A DNA stretch of 64,000 bases from Squalus acanthias. Its lineage: Eukaryota. Below the pieces are notes generated by a model. It was not told the origin of the DNA. It ran no database searches and saw only the letters and a list, made by a program, of their open reading frames with translations. Both the position numbers and the translations under genes were made by a program. The stretch is from positions 105,154,001 to 105,218,000 of the forward strand of contig CM059432.1 in assembly GCA_030390025.1 (NCBI GenBank). Reading direction: 5' to 3'. Below, piece by piece: positions 1 to 11,487 of the stretch (position 1 is the stretch's first letter; each line of letters opens with the position of its first letter).

Positions 1-1
1 C

Positions 2-283
2 AAGGGTCACAATGCCGACAATGTTGGGGCCAGAGCCCCCATTTACCTGGCCGCTATCCTCGAGCACCTGACCGCCGAGATCCTGGAGGTGGCGGGCAAC
101 ACAGCCCGTGCCAACAAGAAGACCAAGGCCATCCCCCACCACCTGCAGCTCGCCATCCGCAATGACGAAGAGCTGAACAAGTTTCTGGGAGGGTTCACCA
201 TAGCCCAAGGCGGGATCCTGCCCAACATCCAAGCCATTCTGCTGCCGAAGAAAACCGTCCATCCGAGCAAGGTTTATGCCTGA
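2..283 (+). CDS. Divergent histone H2A-like reading frame (5' end outside window; variant or retrocopy)
   Basis: Frame from nt 2 is open to TGA at 281-283: [93 protein letters not shown]. It is colinear with canonical H2A ([82 protein letters not shown]). An A-run with AATAAA follows at ~289-299, and no histone stem-loop is seen. Confidence 0.85.
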   Translation, partial: KGHNADNVGARAPIYLAAILEHLTAEILEVAGNTARANKKTKAIPHHLQLAIRNDEELNKFLGGFTIAQGGILPNIQAILLPKKTVHPSKVYA

Positions 284-441
284 AGGACAAAAAAATAAAT
301 CAGTCGGTTCCCATGGTGATGAGGGCAGCATGTCCCCCCTTCTCCTTTGGTGCCACGGTTCCGGGGGCTATGTTACAGAAACTCCATGGTCACCCCCAAG
401 TAAATCAAAGTGGGCTAGATCAGAAGCAGCCGGCCACCACT

Positions 442-525
442 ATGGGGCTGGATGAAGCTTTCAAATCAGTGGGAGAGATCGGTAGATACCAAGTGTACCT
501 CATCTTCTTATTCAACCTATTACAG
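442..525 (+). CDS. SLC22A15: First coding exon of an SLC22A15-like organic cation transporter
   Basis: Kozak-like GCCACCACTATGG. Encodes MGLDEAFKSVGEIGRYQVYLIFLFNLLQ, similar to the SLC22A15 N-terminus as I recall it (MEVEEAFQAVGEMGIYQMYLCFLLAVLLQ). Ends at a phase-0 consensus donor CAG|GTGAGT. Orthologue versus paralogue cannot be resolved. Confidence 0.75.
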
Positions 526-1967
526 GTGAGTGAGTCATCGAGTTTTACCCGCAACAGGTGAGTAAGAAGAGACTTTGTTGCTGTCAGATGGCAGTGACAT
601 GTTTTAGGTGAGGAAATGAGAAACAAATTTGTGCGAATTTTGAGCTGTACATGAATCTGCTTTTTAAAATATGGGTTTGTAAGATGAGGCTTTCAATCAT
701 TAGGTGAGGCAAGGAAGCATTTCAGCAGAGGGAAGAAGAATGATTGACACAAGTTTAACTTACTTTTATTAGTTACTTTGTACTAAGTCCAATATTGCAC
801 CAGGGATGAATTTATGGTTTTAATCTTGTTGCTGATAAAGGTTAATAAAAACCTTAATAACATAAAAAGTGGGGAAAATTGGAGCTTACTTTTGAAAATC
901 AGAATTCTGGCGTCAGGTTTACATTTTTAGAAATGTTGAGGCACCTCACTTTCTACAGGCCGACCGCAGGCCACCGATCCACCTACTCCTGCTCCTATTT
1001 CTTAGCTTTTTGTGTTCTTATGTCAGTAATCGGTTAGTGACACCCGAATGCGCTTCCTGTCCGGGGGCAAAGGTCAGCGAGGGGCCGGGTCGGGGGAAAA
1101 AAATAGCAACTCATGATTACTTACCAAATCTCATGATTTTAAAGAGTTTTCAAAATCCAGGAAGTGGGACTTTTAATCTTTAAAATATCAGAGATTTGCA
1201 TTTTTAAAAAGTAATGAAAATTTGCAAAAGGGTGCCCCCCTCTCCTCCACCACCGCCCCCCCCCCCAACCCCAACAGAAATATAATATTTTAAAACTCTA
1301 TTCTTTATTTACATTTGGGATAAATGGAATCACATTTTTTAGTTTGTGTGCCAGTCTAAAGGGATTTGAAATATTCGGCAACCTGATTGGATTAAACCTC
1401 AATGCACTTTATAGCTATTCTATTCATACTGACGTTGACTGAACACGAGAGACAGCTTTGATCAACTCTCACTCCAGAAACTGCAACTTAAAATGGTAAA
1501 ACTTTGCTAATTATATTGCATATCAGCCATATATGTACTTGCTGTTTACTAAGCCAATAACTGCAGAATCTTGTGTAGGAATCCAAATTCCTTGATGAAA
1601 GCAAGCCAATAATATCCTGATTACCATCTCCATCTGTCAAAGGGAATAATTTACCTCAGTAATTATGCAATGGCGAATACAACAAAGTACCTTTCTAACT
1701 TGGCACTTTGGATTTTGAAACTTTTCTACACTTTGCAGGGGCCCTATATATTGATGCTAAACATTCTAATATAACTACACTTCAAAGAGTCCAGCAACAG
1801 TAATCTTTACAAAAGCAAAATACTGCAGATGCTGTATCCTATCAATGATGTTAAGCTGACTGGTCTATAGTTACCAGGTTTTGTTCTATCTCCCTTTTGT
1901 ATTTAGGAACAACATCAGCTGTCTGTTAGTCCTCTGGCACTATCCCCTCTTCTATGGAACTAGATAG

Positions 1968-4860
1968 TTTCTGGGATGCGGGCGTCGCTGGCAAGGCAAG
2001 GCCAGCATTTGTTGCCCATCCCTAATTGCCCTTGAGAAGGTGGTGATGAGCCGCCTTCTTGAACCGCTGCATTCCTTGTGGTGAAGGTACTCCCACAGTG
2101 CTGTTAGGGAGGGAGTTCCAGGATTTTAACCCAGCGACGATGAAGGAACGGCGATACATTTCCAAGTCAGGATGGTGTGTGACTTTGAGGGGAACTTGGC
2201 GATAATGGTGTTCCTGTGTGCCTGCTGCTCTTGTCCTTCTAGGTGGTAGAGGTCGAAGAAGCCTTGGCGAGTCACTGCAGTGCATCTTGTAGATGGTACA
2301 CACTGCAGCCATGGTGCGCTGGTGGTGGAGGGAGTGAATGTTTAAGGTGGTGGATGGGGTGCCAATCAAGCGGGCTGCTTTGTCCTGGATGATGTCAAGC
2401 TTCTTGAGTGTTGTTGGAGCTGTACTCATCCAGGCAAGTGGCGAGTATTCCATCACACTCATGACTTGTGCCTTGTAGAGGGTGGAAAGGATTTGTGGAG
2501 TCAGGAGGTGAGACACTCACCACAGAATACCCAGCATCTGACCTGCTTTTGTAGCCACAGTACTTATGTGGCTGGTCCAGTTAAGTTTCTGGTCAATGGT
2601 GACCCCCAGAATGTTGATGGTGGGGGATTTGACGATGGTAATGCCGTTGAATATCAATGGGCGGTAGTTAGACTCTTTCTTGTTGGTGATGGTCATTGCC
2701 TGGCACTTGTGTGGCATGAATGTTACTTGCCACTTATCAGCCCAAGCCTGAATGTTGTCCAGGTCTTGCTGCACGTAGACATGGACTGCTTCATTATCTG
2801 AGGAGTTGTGAATGGAACTGAACACTGTGCAATCTTCAGCAAATATCTCGACTTCGGACCTTATGATGGAGGGAAGGTCATTGATGAAGCAGCTAAAGAT
2901 GGTTGGGCCTAGGACACTGACCTGAGGAACTCCTGCATCGATGTCCTGGGGCTGTGATGATTGACCTCCAACAACCACAACCATCTTTCTTTGTGCTAGA
3001 TATGACTCCAGCCAGTGGAGAGTTTTCCCACTGATTCCCATTGACTTCAGTTTTACTAGGGATCCTTGATGCCACACTTGGTCAAATGCTGCCTTGATGT
3101 CAAGGGCAGTCACTCTCACCTCACCTCTGGAATTCAGCTCTTTTGTCCATGTTTGGACCAAGGCTGTAATGAGGTCTGGAGCCGAGTGGTCCTGACGGAA
3201 CCCAAACTGGGCTTCAGTGAGCAGGTTATTGGTGAGTAAGTGCCACTTGATAGAAGGTGTCATCGAAAGTGCTATCACTTTGCTGATGATTGAGAGTAGA
3301 CTGATGGAGCGGTAGTTGGCCGGATTGGATTTGTCCTGCTTTTTCTGGACAGGACATACGTGGGCAGTTTTCCACATTGTCGGGTAGATGCCAGTGTTCC
3401 AGTTATACTGGAACAGCTTGGCTCGAGGCGCGCTTAGTTCTGGAGCACAAGTCTTCAGCAAGATAGCCGGAATGTTGTCGGGGCCCGTAGCCTTTGCTAT
3501 ATCCAGTGCGCTCAGCCATTTCTTGACATCACGTGGAGTGAATCGAATTGGCTGAAGACTGGCTTCTGTGATGGTGGGGACCTCAGGAAGAGGCTGAGAT
3601 GGATCATCCACTCGGCACTTCAGGCTGAAGCTGGTTGTAAACGCTTCAGCCTTGTCTTTTGCACTCACGTGCTGGGCTCCACCATCATTGAGATGGGGAT
3701 GTTCATGGAGACTCCTCCTCCTGTTAGTTGTTTAATTGTCCACCACCATTCATGACTGGATGTGGCAGGATTGCAGAGCTTTGATCTGATCTGTTGATTA
3801 TGGGATCGCTTAGTTCTGTCTATCGCATGCTGCTTCCACTGTTTAGCATGCATGTAAGTCCTGTGTTGCAGCTTCCCCAGGTTGGTACCTCCTTTTTAGG
3901 TACGCCTGGTGCTGCTCCTAGCATGTTCTTCAACACTCCTCATTGAACCTGGGTTGGACCTCTAGCTTGATGGTAATGGTAGAGTGAGGGATATGCCGGG
4001 CCATGAGGTTACAGATAGTGTTGGCATACAATTCTGCTGCTGCTGATGGCCCACAGCGCCTCATGGATGCCCAGTTTTGAGCTGCTAGATCTGTTCTGAA
4101 TCTATCCCATTTAGCACGGTGCTAGTGCCACACAACACGATGGAGGGTGTCCTCAGTGTGAAGACGGGACTTCGTCTCCACAAGGACTGTGCGGAGGTCA
4201 CGGCTACCAATACTGTCATGGACAGCTGCATCTGTGACAGGTAAAATGGCGAGGACGAGGTCAAGTAGGTTTTTCCCTCGCGTTGGTTCTCTCACCACCT
4301 GCCGCAGGCCCAGATTGGCAGCTATGTCCTTCAGAACTCAGCCAGTAGTGGTACTACCGAGCCACACTTGGTGATGGACATTGAAGTCCCCCCACCCAGA
4401 GTATATTCTGTGCCCTTGCTACCCTCAGTGTTTCTTCCAAGTGGTGTTCAACATGGAGGAGTACTGATTCATCAGCTAAGGGAGGGCGGTAGGTGGTAAT
4501 CAGCAGGAAGGTTTCCTTGTCCATGCTTGACCTGAAGCCATGAGACTTCTTGGGGTCCAGAGTTAATGTTGAGAACTTCCAGGGCCACTCCCTCCCGACT
4601 GTATACCACTGTGCGGCCACCTCTGGTGGGTCTGTCCTGCCGGTGGGACAGAACAGGACAACCCAGGGATGGTGATGGAGGAGTTTGGGACATTGGCTGA
4701 AAGGTATGATCTGTGAGTATGACTATGTCAGGCTGTTGCTTGACTAGTCTGTGGGACAGCTCTCCCAATTTTGGCACAAGTCCCCAGATGTTGGTGAGGA
4801 GGACTTTGCAGGGGCGACTGAGCTGGGTGTGCCGTTGTCATATCTGAAACTGGTGCCTAT
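1968..4860 (-). mobile_element. Decayed non-LTR retrotransposon (CR1/L2 group, APE endonuclease + RT), near full-length ORF2
   Basis: Frameshifted ORFs 4472-4777 and 4354-4620 carry EN motifs (NIWGL, QPDIVILT, TTYRPP). ORF 2517-3668 carries RT motifs (NYRSISLL, QFGFR, LDIKAAFD, GVPQVSVLGP, FAEDC). ORF 2022-2516 is the C-terminus. The 3' tail ...AAGGGCAATTAGGGATGGGCAACAAATGCTGGCC...CATCCC lies at ~1973-2035. Confidence 0.9.
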
Positions 4861-4879
4861 TATTTTTTTATATAATTTT

Positions 4880-5927
4880 TTTTGTAGCGGTTTGGTACAA
4901 CTGAGTGGCTTGCTAGGTCATTTCAGGGGGCAGTTAAGAGTCTGTGGGGTAAAAATTGAGTCGCGCCCCATTTGGGGCGCTAACCTCGCCGGGGCGCGAC
5001 TTTTAGCGCCCCGAAAAAATTAGCGGCCCCGCGCCGGAACTTCAGTGGTTGCGCCCCAAGAGGGAAGCGGGGCGCAACTGGAAGCACCCCGCATCCCTCT
5101 TGGGGCGCTGCGAGTGAATATCCTGGCGCTACGTGCCGCAGCGCCACGCGCTGCGGCACGTCGCGCCGCGGTATTGCAGGCCTTCCTCCCCTTCTTAAAG
5201 GGGAGGGGCCTTGCGCAGCGCGAACCGGGGCCCAGCTGGGCTCCCAGGGATCGGGAGTGCCGGCAAAAGAGCCCGGCACTCAAGAGAAGTGCCGGGCTCT
5301 TGGAGCGCAGCCGGCACTTCACGCTGGGGGGGCTTCACGGGGGCCGGGGACAGCAACGGGGGCAGGTGCTGGCAGGCGGCCAGCAACAAAAATGGCCGCC
5401 TGCCACCTCCCCTTTAAATATCGCCGCCCCGGCCGCACGTACGCCCCCCTGAACCCGTCGGACATAGCGTCTGGCGGTAAATCAGGGGGCGCGACTGAAG
5501 ATCACGGCCGGGGCGCGAGCGGGGCGCTGCGCACGGCGATGACGTCATCGCCGGCGGCGCAGCGCCACAGGGCGCTACCGGCTGCCGCCGCCGCTAACCT
5601 CCCACTAAATTTTTCGGGAGGCGTGGGCGGCGCTGCGCCCGGGCGTTAGCTGCTTTACGCCCCATTAGCGCCCATTTAAGGCGCTAACGGGAGGCGCAAG
5701 CAGCTGAATTTTTCCCCCTGTGGGTCTGGAGTCACATATAGGCCAGACCAGGTAAGGATATGTTTTTACGACAATCCGATAGTTTCATGGTCACCATTAC
5801 TGATACTCGCTTTTTATTCCAGATTTATTTAATTAACTGAATTTAAACTCTCCAGCTGCCGTGCTGGGATTTGATCTCACGTCTCTGGATCATTAGTCTA
5901 GTAACGGAACCTCTAATGCTACCGTAC
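4880..5927 (-). mobile_element. tRNA-derived SINE head plus conserved central domain (SlmI/MetaSINE-like), split by a MITE and fused to the LINE 5' end
   Basis: Minus strand reads GGTAGCATTAGAGG (A-box-like)...GAGATCAAATCC (B-box-like)...GGTGACCATGAAAC...CCTTACCTGGTCTGGCCTATATGTGACTCCAGACCCACA[MITE]GACTCTTAACTGCCCCCTGAAATGACCTAGCAAGCCACTCAGTTGTACC. Family name is from recall. Confidence 0.7.
4946..5718. mobile_element. Young GC/CpG-rich PIF/Harbinger-type MITE
   Basis: TIRs GGGGTAAAAATT...AATTTTTCCCCC with 3-bp TSD TGT (4943-45 / 5719-21). Right end is related to MITEs at 6390, 6739 and 51458. Confidence 0.85.
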
Positions 5928-6389
5928 TGTAGTCATGTGTGCAGTGCTTTTTAAAACAGCAGAGCAAACTTACTCAGAAATCCATGAATAATTGGTGTTG
6001 AAACATTTTCCAAAATGGTACAATTTTGTAGATTGATGGTTCACACAAAATAAGACTCTCATGTCACAGCTGTTATGACTCAGTTGCATCTGCCATACCA
6101 GTGAGTCATGGCAGTTTCACAAAGCACTCGGCTTCAAAATACAGCATTCAGTTAAAGATTTCTATTTATATGTGTCACTTCACAGCCTTTCCCAGAAATC
6201 CATTAGTATTTTTTTCCATTGCCATTTCCACTGATTTGGTGGACATTGATCAGTATGTAATGGCCCTGATTTAGCGGTAAGAATATTGGTGAGGTTATGA
6301 GCGCTCACCGTTATTAAGGAGTAAATTGGACAGCAATTTCCGGCACAGTTAAATGTGGAAATCAGGAAGTTGATGTCCGAGTTGCCATA

Positions 6390-6727
6390 GGGGGAAAAAT
6401 TCAGTTGGTTTGCGCCTCCCGTTAGCGCCTTAAGAGAGCGCTAATGGGACGCAAAGCAATTAGTGCCCGGGCGCGGCGATGTTTGCGCCGCTCACAAAAT
6501 TAACTAGACATTTTGTGGCGGCGCTAAACACTACCGCCACGATCTCCTGCGCCGGCAGATCGTGACGTCAGTCGAGTGTGCAACGCCCCGGTAGTGCCCC
6601 GGATCGGATATTGAGTGGCACCCCCTGCCAAGTTTGCAGTCGGAGGCTATAATTAGCACCAGGCGCTAAACTTTGCGCCCGGCCGATAATCGCGCCCCAA
6701 ACGGGGCGATACTGAATTTTTCCCCCC
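6390..6727 (-). mobile_element. Harbinger MITE, internally deleted, inverted relative to 6739-7613
   Basis: TIRs GGGGGAAAAATTCAG...CTGAATTTTTCCCCC with TSD ATA. Its two halves are reverse complements of the ends of 6739-7613. Confidence 0.85.
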
Positions 6728-6738
6728 ATAGAGTCATA

Positions 6739-7613
6739 GGGGGAAAAATGCAGTATCGCCCCATTTGGGGCGCAATTATCGGCCTGGCGCTAATTATCAC
6801 CTCCGACTGCAAACTTGGCTTCTATCGCCCCTGGAGGTGATTGGAGCGCTAAATCAGGCGCTTCACACCTGTCTTAAGGCGCAAAGGCCGAGGAGCGAGG
6901 CGCTACCTCAGAGCGCTGGCGAAGCTCATGTGATGTCAGTCAGCAATTGAACACAGACACAATGGCGCCGGCCAGTTCTTAAAGGGGAGAGTTGATCTTG
7001 CTCTCCATCCACATCCTGCTCATTGCAGCCTTGAATTTCGGCCTGGAGAGACCTGTACATCAAATCTGCTGGAAAGAACAATGGAGAGAACCAGGGAAAG
7101 AGCTCAGAGTGCAGCCCACACAATTGCTTCTAAATCGATACAAGGAAGGACAAATCAAAATGAACCTGCAAAGTGCTGCTCAGTACCCAAATCTCCTTCA
7201 CACAGCGTTGAATCTCTCCAGAAGTCTCTCTCTCTCTCTCTCAGAATGCGTGGTGCGAAAATGTCACCAACAAAAAAAGGCAGGAAGCGTTCGCCTTTAA
7301 ATAACGCTCCCCCAGTTCTTTCCTGACCGCAAAACGCTCCCCTCAACCTGTCGTTGCTAGCGGCAGGCGGTAAGGCAGGGGGCGCCACTCAATATCCGGG
7401 CCGGGGCGCTACCGGGGCGTTGCACACTCGACTGACGTCATGATCTGCCGGTGCAGGAGATTGTGGCGGTAGTGTTTAGCGCCACCGCAAAATGTCTAGT
7501 TAATTTCATGAGCAGCGCAAACATCGCCGCGCATGAGCGCGAGTTGCTTTGCGCCCCATTAGCGCCCTCTTATGGCGCTAACGGGAGGTGCAAACCAACT
7601 GAATTTTCCCCCC
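6739..7613 (+). mobile_element. Harbinger non-autonomous element (~875 bp)
   Basis: TIRs GGGGGAAAAAT...AATTTTCCCCC with TSD ATA. A close copy lies at 51458-52347. Confidence 0.88.
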
Positions 7614-8925
7614 ATAGAGTTATACAGCACAGAAAGAGGCCCTTCGGCCCATCGTGTCCGCGCCGGCCAAAAAGCCCTGTCTATTCTAATCCCATTTTCC
7701 AGCACTTGGTCCGTAGCCTTGTATGCTATGGCGTTTCAAGTGCTCATCTAAATGCTTCTTGAATGTTGTGAGGGTTCCTGCCTCTACCACCCTTTCAGGC
7801 AGTGAGTTCCAGATTCCAACCTGAAAAAGTTTTTCCTCAAATCCCCTCTAAACCTCCTGCCCCTTACCTTGAAACTATGCCCCCTGGTTATTGACCCCTC
7901 TACTAAGGGGAAAAGTTCCTTTCTATCTACCCTATCTATGCCCCTTATAATTTTGTACAGCTCAATCAGGTCCCCCCTCAGCCTTCTCTGCTCTAAGGAA
8001 AACAATCCCAGCCTGTCCAGTCTCTCTTCATAGCTGAAACGCTCCAGCCCAGGTAACATCCTGGTGAATCTCCTCTGCATCCTCTCCAATGCAATCACAT
8101 CCTTCCTATAGTGTGGCGACCAGAACTGCACACAGTAGTCCAGCTGTGGCCTAACTAGCATTTTGTACAGCTCCATCATAACCTCCCTGCTCTTATATTC
8201 TATGCCTTGGCTAATGAAGGCAAGTATCCCATATGCCTTCTTAACCACCTTATCTACCTGTCCTGCTGCCTTCAGGGATCTATGTACATGCACACCAAGG
8301 TCCCACTGATCCTCTGTCCTTCCTAGGGTCCTACCATTCATTGTGTATTCCCTTGCCTTGTTAGTCCTCCCAAAATGCATCACCTCACACTTTTCAGGGT
8401 TAAATTCCATTTACCACTGTTCTGCCCATCTGACCAACCCGTCTATATTGTCATGTAGCCTGAGGCTTCCCTCCTCGCTATTTACCACTCCACCAATTTT
8501 CATGTCATCTGCGAACTTACTGATCATACCTCCTGACGTAAGAAAACTACTAGGCACTTGGTCTAAGCATTAAACAAAACTTTAATCAACTGTTTTTCAA
8601 CATGGAGGTCTAGTTGTGCCCTTCACTAGTTCCTGTTGAGGAATGTCCTAAGCAAGCTGGGCCCTTGCCCGAGCTATTTATACTCTCCCTGGACAGCGCC
8701 ACCAGCAGGCCACCCAGTATTACTTCATACATGAATGACAAGATTCATGTCACCTCCTACATTCATATCTAAATCATTAATGTACACTACAAACAGCAAG
8801 GGACCCAGCACCGATCCCTGCGGTACACCACTGGACACAGGCTTCCAGTCACAAAAACAACCTTTGACCATTACCCTCTGCCTCCTGCCACTAAGCCAAT
8901 TTTGGATCCAATGTGCCAAATTGCC
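7614..8925 (-). mobile_element. CR1 (HER1-like) LINE, 5'-truncated
   Basis: ORF 7784-8410 (FNPEKCEVMHFG, LYKMLVRPQLDYCVQFWSP, RRLRGDLIE) and ORF 8725-9084 (GVPQGSVLGPLLFVVYINDLD). CATAGAGT-type tail repeats extend left to 6386. Confidence 0.92.
8534..8752 (-). mobile_element. Solo LTR (219 bp) inserted in the CR1 RT
   Basis: Termini TGACGT...ATGTCA with 5-bp TSD CCTCC (8529-33 / 8753-57). Minus strand has TATAAATAG (~8674-82) upstream of ATTAAA (~8581-86). Confidence 0.75.
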
Positions 8926-9424
8926 CTGCTCCTCCACAAGCTTCGCTAAACCTGTACCTCGCCGAGAGATTCGGCATTCAAACACATGAAGGGCGTGAAG
9001 GTACTTATCCACTAAATACCTGCTAAACATGTCAGAAAAAGTGAGGGCTTGTCTATTCAAGTGTAAATGAATTCTTAATGTCATGATAAATCTTAATTAC
9101 TGTCAAACAACCTCTTTAGCACTGAAAATTTACTTTTGCAAGTGTGGAGTCTAATTCTGTTTAAAAAATTTTTTTTTAAACTTTTTCTTTGTTTCTTTTA
9201 TCTCTGTCTCTTAATCCCATCTTTCTTTCCCTCTCTTTATTTCACTTTCTGTACATGATTTGACATTGAATTAAATATCCAATTTATACTCCCTGGTTTA
9301 GACTCTGCGTGCCTCAGTAAAGATTCTTCAATCTGATTGGTTGAAGAGACACGCTGTTGCTCACACGGATCCCATGTAGAGGGTGCCGCTCTGTATTAGG
9401 CTCCTGATGACCTTAGCATAGCAC

Positions 9425-10092
9425 AGATTAGCATAGAAGATAGGAGCAGGAGTAGGCCATTTGGCCCCTCGAGCCTGCGTCGCCATTTAATGAGATCATG
9501 GCTGATCATCCAAATTCAGTACCCTGTCCCTGCTTTCTCCCCATATCCCTTGATCCCTTTAGCCTTAAGAAATATATCTAACTCCTTCTTGAATATATTT
9601 AATGAATTGGCCTCAACTGCCTTCTGTGGTAGAGAATTCCACAGGTTCACCACTCTCTGGGTGAAGAAATTCCTCCTCATCTCAGTCCTAAATGGCTTAC
9701 CCCTTATCCTTAGACTGTGACCTCTGGTTCTGGACTCCCCCGCCATCGGGAACATCCTTTCTGCATCTAGTCTGTCTAGTCCTGTTAGAATTTTATAAGT
9801 TTCAATGAGATCCCCTCTCATTCTTCTAAACTCCAGCGAATATAAGCCTAATCGATCCAATCTCTCTTCATACGTCATTATTGCCATCCCAGGTATCAGT
9901 CTGCTAAATCTTCGTTGCACTCCCTCCATGGCAAGAACATCCTTCCTCAGATAAGGCGACCAAAACTGCACACAATACTCAAGGTGTGGTCTCACCAAGG
10001 CCTTGTACAACTGCAGCAAGACATTCTTGCTCCTGTACGCGAATCCTCTCGCTATGAAGTCCAACATACCATTTGCCTTCTTAACCGCCTTA
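9425..10092 (-). mobile_element. CR1 3' fragment
   Basis: ORF 9516-10223 has CR1 C-terminal motifs (LYKALVRPHLEYCVQFWSP, FFTQRVVNLWNSLP) and the typical TAGGAGCAGGAGTAGGCCATT tail. Confidence 0.92.
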
Positions 10093-10317
10093 AGTTTCTG
10101 TGCAAAAGCCCACAAAGTCTGTGGGCAGCTGTAAGCATAATGATTGGAAGGCATGTTGTTTGCCAGTGTTCGAAAAATCCGGGCCAATAGCTTTTCTTTT
10201 CTTTCTCCTCCTTGCTCCCCCACCCCTCACTAATTTATGCTCCTGCTCTCCTGAAGATGTGATGCTTTGAGGTATGGTTCAGAGTCTTTACTACCGTGCT
10301 GGGTCTTTTGTTCTCAA

Positions 10318-11372
10318 TGGACCATCATTCGCTGTCAAAGTAACAGGCGTGGATAATGGTGCTCGCCATTATTTATGCGCAAATGCTACAGCAACTTCAG
10401 GCGAGGACAGATGCCAGGTTAAATGTGGAAATCCAAAAGTTGCTATCCGAGTTGCAGCGCTCCGCTGTTAGCTTCACGAAAACAGCATCTTGCTGTGTGG
10501 CTCACCATTGAAATGCAATGAATGGGGTGAAGTTGCTGTATTTGCACAGTAGATATGAACTAAACTCGCCACAGAAAGTTAAGCCTTGTCTATTTCAGTT
10601 AAGTACCCTTTTAACAAATTGGTAAGTGTTAATTACTACCAGTAAATCTCTCTGGCACTGAAAATTAACTATTACAAGTGTGGAGTCTCATTCCTTCAGG
10701 TTTTAATTGTTGTTAGAGATTTAAAAATTTTTAAATTTAATTTTGTTTTTAGTTGTCCTTTCCGTCTCTTTTTTTCTCTCTCTCTCTTAATCCAAACTTT
10801 CTTTCATAGAAATTTATGGCACAGAAGGAGGCCATTCAGCCTAGCTTGACTGTGCCGGTCGAAAAAGAGCTATCCAGCCTAATCCCACTTTCCAGCTCTT
10901 GGTCCGTAGCCCTATAGGTTATAGCACTTCAAGTACTTTTTAAATGTGATGAGGGTTTCTGCCACTACCTACCCTTTCAGGCAGTGAGTTCCAGACACCC
11001 ACCACCCTCTGGGTGAAAAAAGTTCTTCTCAACACCCCTCTAATCCTTCTACTAATTACTTTAAATCTATGGCCCCTGCATCTTTCCCTCTCTTTATTTC
11101 TCTTTCTGTAGCTGATTTGACATTGAATTCACCCACTCGAATTTACAATTCCTTGTCAGTCCTTGTGCTTTTAATTTCACAATCCTTCAATCTGATTGGT
11201 TAAGGAAATGCACAGTTGCTTGTCCTGTTCACTCAGGTCCCAGATGCCCAGTTTCCCTCGCTGTGCCGTTATCAGCTCGCACTTTCAACAACTTGCCACA
11301 CAAAAAATGTAAAGACCTAAATGTGCACGGGCAGACACCATTCGGCTCACTTCTACAGCAAAATATGACCCA
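10318..11372. mobile_element. Older Harbinger-type non-autonomous element with a CR1 3' fragment (10806-11077) inserted
   Basis: Degenerate termini (GGACCATCATT...AATATGACCC) and homology to 6262-9420. The insert matches the CR1 tail at 7614-7890. Confidence 0.6.
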
Positions 11373-11487
11373 TTATATATTATTTTGATTTGGGTATAGC
11401 AGTATTGCCAACTACACTGCCTCAAATCAGGAGACAAACTCTTAAAAATTATGAGATTTGGTTTAGAAATCATGAGTCGCTTTTATT

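Larger units (their letters stand above)
6262..9420. mobile_element. Older Harbinger-type non-autonomous element interrupted by a nested stack (CR1, two MITEs, solo LTR)
   Basis: 6262-6386 and 8926-9420 join into a sequence colinear with the element at 10318-11372 (GTTAAATGTGGAAAT..AAGTTG.T.TCCGAGTTGC; GCACTGAAAATT..CAAGTGTGGAGTCT; CTTCAATCTGATTGGTT). Confidence 0.6.

Noticed and set aside
43..270. Minus-strand 75-aa ORF
   Set aside because: Antisense shadow of the H2A frame.
4980..5649. Cluster of overlapping 64-135 aa ORFs
   Set aside because: Stop-poor GC-rich MITE sequence with no recognisable domain.
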